64,000 nt of DNA. Origin: Anaeromyxobacter sp. (GTDB lineage Bacteria; Myxococcota; Myxococcia; Myxococcales; Anaeromyxobacteraceae). The translations under genes and the position numbers were made by a program. The DNA is taken from positions 1-64,000 of the forward strand of contig JASGJN010000022.1 of NCBI GenBank assembly GCA_049840735.1. Direction: 5' to 3'. Positions 62,211-64,000 of the stretch are shown one piece after another (the stretch's first letter is position 1; every line of letters begins with the position of its first letter). The notes beneath the pieces are model-generated. The model had not been told where the DNA came from and did no database searches. It was given only the letters and a program-made list of their open reading frames with translations.

Positions 62211-64000
62211 CCCCGAGCACCTCGTATCGCCGCGCCGCCGCGCTGGCCCTGCTGTGGCTGGCGGCCGCCTGCGCGGGTCCCCGCGCCGGGACCTCCGCCG
62301 CCTTCGCCCCCGCGCCGCCGGCCGGGGATCCGGCCTGGGCCAGCCTGCAGCAGGCGCTGGAGGCGCGCCGCCTGCTGGACGGCCCCGGCGAGCTGCAGGC
62401 GCTGCTGGCCGTGGTGACCCGCGCGCCGCAGAGCCCGCTGGCCCCGCTGGCGCTGCGCCGCGTGGCCGAGCTGGCCGCCGCCGCGCCGGCGCTGGCGCAG
62501 GCCGCCGAGGCCGGGCTGGCGCCGCTGGTCGAGGCCGGCCGGCTGCAGGGGCTGACCGCCGCGCGGGCCCGCAGCGCCCGCGCCGTCGCGGCCGACGGGC
62601 TGGGCGATCCGGCCGCCTCGGCCCGGCACCGCGCGGGCTACGGCGCCGTCACCGCCTGGTCGCTGGCGGGGCCGTTCGTGCCGCTGGCGGCCATGGACTT
62701 CGACCTGGCGCTGCCCGGCGAGCGGGGGCCGCTCCCGGCCGAGGTGAGCGCCCCGGCGGGCCTGCCGCCGTTCCGGACGCGGGCGCTGCCCACGCCGGAC
62801 GGCACGCTGGCCCTGGAGGGCGAGCCCGGGCTCTGGGACGGCTACGTGCTGGCCTCGGAGGCCACGCTGGCGCGCGGCGGGGAGTACCTGCTGGTGATCG
62901 GCGGGGGATCCCTCGGTGCGCGTCTGGGTCGACGGGGAGCTGGTGCTGGAGCGGCGCGCGTTCGCCGGGTTCCCGGCCGAGCTGGCGGCGCTCCCGGTCA
63001 CGCTCCAGGCCGGCCCCCACCGGCTGGTGATCCGCGTGGCCCGCACCCCGGGCACGCGCAACTTCCTCCACGCCTCGCTGCCGCGCCAGGACGGCGCCCC
63101 CTCCGACGTCCGCTGGGCGGCGCCCGCCGGCAGCGGGGTGGCCCGCTTCGGCGCGGCCGGGGCCTCGCGGCTGCCGCCGCCGGCCCACCCGCTCCAGCCG
63201 GTGCTGGCCCCGCGGGCGGTGGTGGAGGCGCTCACGCCCGCGGCCGGCCCGGCGCTGGCCCGCGTGCTGGCCGCCCGCGACGCGCAGCTGACCGATCGCG
63301 AGACCGCCCGCGCGCTGCTGGCCGAGGCCGCGGCGCTGGAGCCTAAGTCACCCCTGGTGAATGTGGCGCTGGCGGCCGCGCTGCAGGGCGCGCCCGGGCT
63401 GGACGCCGGCGTGGCCGCGGCGCGGGCCGAGGCGTCCCTGCGCGAGGCGCTGCGGGCCGATCCGGCCCACGCCGAGGCGCGCGTGGCGCTGGCGCGGCTG
63501 CTGCTGGAGCAGGCGCGGAACGACGACGCCGAGGAGGCGCTGTCCGCGCTCGCCGGCGAGGCCGCCACCCGGCCGGCCGCGCTGGTGGCGCGGGCCCAGG
63601 TGGCGCTGGCGCGCGAGCTGACCGAGCCGGCCGAGGCGCTGGTGGCCGAGGCGCTCACCGCCGGCCCGACCTGCGAGGCGGCCGAGGTGGGGCTGGACCT
63701 GGCGGAGCGGCTGGGGGCGGCGGCGCGGATCGACGAGCGCGTGGCGGTGCTGGCGCGCTGCCGCGGCGCCGAGCGGCTGGCGCAGCACCGCCGGCAGCGC
63801 GGCGACGCGGCCGGCGCGCTGGCGGCGCTGGAGCCGGCGCTGGCCGTCCACCCCTGGGAGGTGAAGCTGGGGCTGGCCGCCGGCGAGGCGCTGGTGGCGG
63901 CCGGGCAGCCGGGCCAGGCGGTGGTCCGGCTGGAGCGGCTGGCGGCGCTCTGGCCGCGCAGCGATCGCGTCCTCACCGCGCTGGGGGAGGCGCGCGAGCT
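62207..64000 (+). CDS. TPR lipoprotein partner of the upstream gene (frameshift near 62907; runs off the window)
   Basis: ATGA coupling, lipobox LAAAC, WSLAGPF, TPR-like helices. Confidence 0.7.

Overview
Very GC-rich bacterial DNA. The gene content (MYXO-CTERM-type sorting signal, VIT-vWA/ECF modules, DUF3857-transglutaminase pair) suggests an Anaeromyxobacter-like myxobacterium. Scattered single-base frameshifts in ordinary genes suggest an error-prone long-read assembly. Bases 1-24.5 kb form a polymorphic-toxin island. It opens with a giant (>3,100 aa, 5'-truncated) YD-repeat protein that has no canonical Rhs DPxG core end. Instead it continues LysM - Gly/Ala hydrophobic helical region - variable tip, here an NlpC/P60-like peptidoglycan hydrolase, followed by a DUF4424-like exported putative immunity gene. 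Next come an orphan ankyrin immunity gene behind a likely toxin stub and a silent orphan cassette. The cassette repeats ~1.4 kb of the toxin gene but ends in a second LysM plus a CD38-like ADP-ribosyl cyclase (ARC) toxin with an Imm74-like immunity gene. It is interrupted by an ISAs1 element (10-bp target duplication; excision restores the frame) and surrounded by IS66, IS4, RAYT-like and an IS21/Mu-like TG..CA element with a 7-bp target duplication. Bases 24.7-64 kb are mostly housekeeping and envelope genes (lepB, OMPs, moaD/moeB, M16 and M28 peptidases, rlmH, gpmI, comF). Notable items there are a KirBac homologue lacking the K+ selectivity filter, two VIT-vWA/ECF-sigma modules with readable ECF-type promoters, and a family of REP palindromes, one pair of which lies in frame at the 5' end of a beta-barrel gene. 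No rRNA, tRNA or CRISPR array was seen.
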